Shown piece after piece: positions 62,172-64,000 of a DNA stretch of 64,000 nucleotides (positions are counted from its first letter, which is position 1; every line of letters starts with the position of its first letter). The translations under genes and the position numbers were made by a program. A model generated the notes under the pieces. It made no database searches and was not told the origin of the DNA. It saw only the letters and a program-made list of their open reading frames with translations. Location of the stretch: the IMG/VR virus record IMGVR_UViG_3300037297_000066, positions 310,001-374,000 of that record. One strand, 5' to 3'.

Positions 62172-63197
62172 ATGGCCCAAGCGACTATCCAGATCACTCA
62201 AGGCGCAATCGTTGGCGGATCGGGGCAATCCATCATCGGCTTCGATACGACTACGGATGTGACCCTTACGGATGACGGTGGGGCAGGGGCCACCAGCTAC
62301 CAATGGGAGGTTGTGTCCTATCCAGCTCCTCTAGCGTCCCCTCCAACCATCAATGACGATACAGACCAGGTGGCAACCATCACGGACGCGCTTCTTGATG
62401 GGGTCTACGTGATACGTCTGACTCGGAATGACCCTGTGGACGGGGTCACGACCGATGTACGGTTCTTTGCGGTAGCCGACGAAGACGGGCTCAGCCTTCC
62501 CTCATGGGGGATGAACCGTAACATGTCCAACGTGGGAGGATCCGTTGCTGCTCAGTTGGCTGGTTGGTTTGGTTCTGAGGCAGCGAGCACCAACGTTTTC
62601 CTGGACGCCTACCTGCGAGACCTAAAAACCAAGGTCAAGCTAGTTCTTCCCGAAGCTCCCACGGACAATAGCAAGCTCACGTTCGCTTACAATGGGGGTT
62701 CGGTCTTTGCTGCAGGGATCAGTATCATTGATCCCACGGGAGCACAGAACGGTCTCGTGCTCTCTCGGATAGAGTCTACGGAAGGGCTTGTCTTCCAAGC
62801 GGGGGACATCACTGGGGCTGCGGGCAGTTCTGTGACTATCCAGGCTGGCTCTGTCTTGGCTGGGGACTTCAACGGGGGTGACGTGGTCATCTCTAGTGGA
62901 GCGGGCAACGGGGCTGGAGTGGAAGGATCTGTCACCTTGAACGTGGCTTCTGCGGAGATGGTCAAGTGCAGTGCCGTAGGAATCGGCTTGTATGGGGCTG
63001 ACCCGGTTCCTCAGGCGGATGACCCGGGGGAGATTGTAGACAACACTGGGGGCTCCACAGCGGGTCCCTTGGAGGATGTGGGGGCGACTTTCAACCAGAC
63101 CACCCTCAATAACAACTTGGCTTTGTTGGCCGATGGGTTTAACAAGATACGAGCCATCCTCTCTGAAGGCTCGGGTGGGATGGGCGTCTGCAAATAG
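62172..63197 (+). CDS. Tail fibre protein (N-terminal Ig-like domain, Gly-rich AG...GG repeats)
   Basis: SYQWEVV...GVYVIRL; IQAGSVLAGDFNGGDVVISSGAG. Confidence 0.7.
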   Translation: MAQATIQITQGAIVGGSGQSIIGFDTTTDVTLTDDGGAGATSYQWEVVSYPAPLASPPTINDDTDQVATITDALLDGVYVIRLTRNDPVDGVTTDVRFFAVADEDGLSLPSWGMNRNMSNVGGSVAAQLAGWFGSEAASTNVFLDAYLRDLKTKVKLVLPEAPTDNSKLTFAYNGGSVFAAGISIIDPTGAQNGLVLSRIESTEGLVFQAGDITGAAGSSVTIQAGSVLAGDFNGGDVVISSGAGNGAGVEGSVTLNVASAEMVKCSAVGIGLYGADPVPQADDPGEIVDNTGGSTAGPLEDVGATFNQTTLNNNLALLADGFNKIRAILSEGSGGMGVCK

Positions 63198-63244
63198 CTT
63201 TTCAGGCTGAGCCTGAAAGATGAGCATCGAATCACGAGGTAATC

Positions 63245-63673
63245 ATGCCAAGTCTGCGCAAAATTGAAGTTCCCAAACCCTTGAAAATGGTCGTCAACAA
63301 AGAAGAACAAGAGTTCGGTCTTTTTGAGCTGATTGAGCACTTCGTGAGGACTCAGTCGGCTTACAACGACGATGGAGCGGGCATCAAGTCAGCTTTGGTT
63401 TTGCTGGACAGGATCGAAAAGGCCAGGAAGGAAGCCGAAGAGCTGAAGAAGAGTCTTTCAATGAAGGAAGACGGAGAGGAAGCGGCCCAGGAGCTCACGC
63501 CGAAGCCTATGATTTTGGATGAAGAAGACTACCAACGCCTTCTGAAGACGATCCAGAAGCCTCACAAGCTCCGCAACCAGATGACTGGCGAGATGGTGTC
63601 TGGGTACCCCATTACCCCGGCCCACATTTTCGGGGATTACATCAAGGCAGTCGAAGAGGCTGAGAAGATCTAG
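63245..63673 (+). CDS. Hypothetical protein, possible fibre assembly chaperone
   Basis: 142 aa, helical, follows the fibre gene; GAGG RBS. Confidence 0.65.
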   Translation: MPSLRKIEVPKPLKMVVNKEEQEFGLFELIEHFVRTQSAYNDDGAGIKSALVLLDRIEKARKEAEELKKSLSMKEDGEEAAQELTPKPMILDEEDYQRLLKTIQKPHKLRNQMTGEMVSGYPITPAHIFGDYIKAVEEAEKI

Positions 63674-63682
63674 TGAGGGTAG

Positions 63683-64000
63683 ATGGCCTACGGGCAAGGT
63701 GAGTATGGGCAGATAGGGTACGGCGGCTCCTCTTTGGAGTCTGGCGGCCCTGCTCTGACTTTCTTTGATCCTTCAGAGGCCGAAGCCATCACTCAAGACG
63801 ACCCTTTGGAGTTCGTTGTTGAGTCTCCTGCTGAACTGGACGTCTTCAGTCTGAATCTAAGCCTGGGTGGGAAACAGGCTATCGTAGGTGGTGTGTTCCT
63901 CTCTGGGTATGAGGGGAGCATCACCTACGATCCTGAGACGAAAGTCGTCATCACCATAGAGAAACACCCTGACTTTCTGTCGAACACGGAAGTCAGCATC
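63683..64000 (+). CDS. 5' part of a virion protein (runs off the window)
   Basis: ATG 63683, MAYGQGEYGQIGYGG..., open to the window end. Confidence 0.65.
   Translation, partial: MAYGQGEYGQIGYGGSSLESGGPALTFFDPSEAEAITQDDPLEFVVESPAELDVFSLNLSLGGKQAIVGGVFLSGYEGSITYDPETKVVITIEKHPDFLSNTEVSI

Noticed and set aside
1-64000. Stop-codon reassignment (seen in some large phages)
   Set aside because: Conserved genes are full length in the standard code, and TAG, TGA and TAA all terminate genes at expected positions
1-64000. Bacterial chromosome or integrated prophage interpretation
   Set aside because: The housekeeping-like genes are divergent, single-stranded in orientation and contiguous with terminase, portal and capsid genes; no integrase, att site, rRNA, tRNA or typical metabolic operon was seen

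Overview
The window is a 64-kb segment of a large tailed dsDNA bacteriophage (Caudoviricetes). All credible genes are on the + strand, densely packed, and read in the standard code. It has two modules. (1) About 1-25.1 kb is a replication, recombination and transcription module. It encodes bacterial-type Pol III accessory subunits (delta', delta, gamma/tau, beta-clamp-like), class II ribonucleotide reductase, NAD-dependent ligase, RecD2, an SSB-like protein, RuvC and RecA. It also encodes an SbcC/Rad50 split over non-adjacent genes around SbcD, a Cas4-like nuclease and a TOPRIM-only primase. It ends with a NusG-family (NGN+KOW) domain fused to a 5'-3' exonuclease and a protein with two sigma70 region-4-like HTHs. 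(2) About 25.2-64 kb is a virion module: terminase, portal, prohead protease, scaffold and major capsid protein, several large low-complexity head-associated proteins, an inserted ung cassette, and then fibre/spike/Ig-like proteins. The best leads are three. First, the NusG-exonuclease fusion, the tandem sigma4 protein and a recurring YYCTTTTAT-like motif upstream of late genes, which together may form an undescribed replication-coupled late-transcription switch. Second, head proteins built from modules bounded by [KR]-x-A-[AS] motifs, which may be protease-processed capsid cargo polyproteins. Third, the split SbcC. No tRNA, rRNA, CRISPR array, integrase, intein or transposase was recognised. 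No database searches were run. Family calls come from motif recognition only, and novelty is untested.
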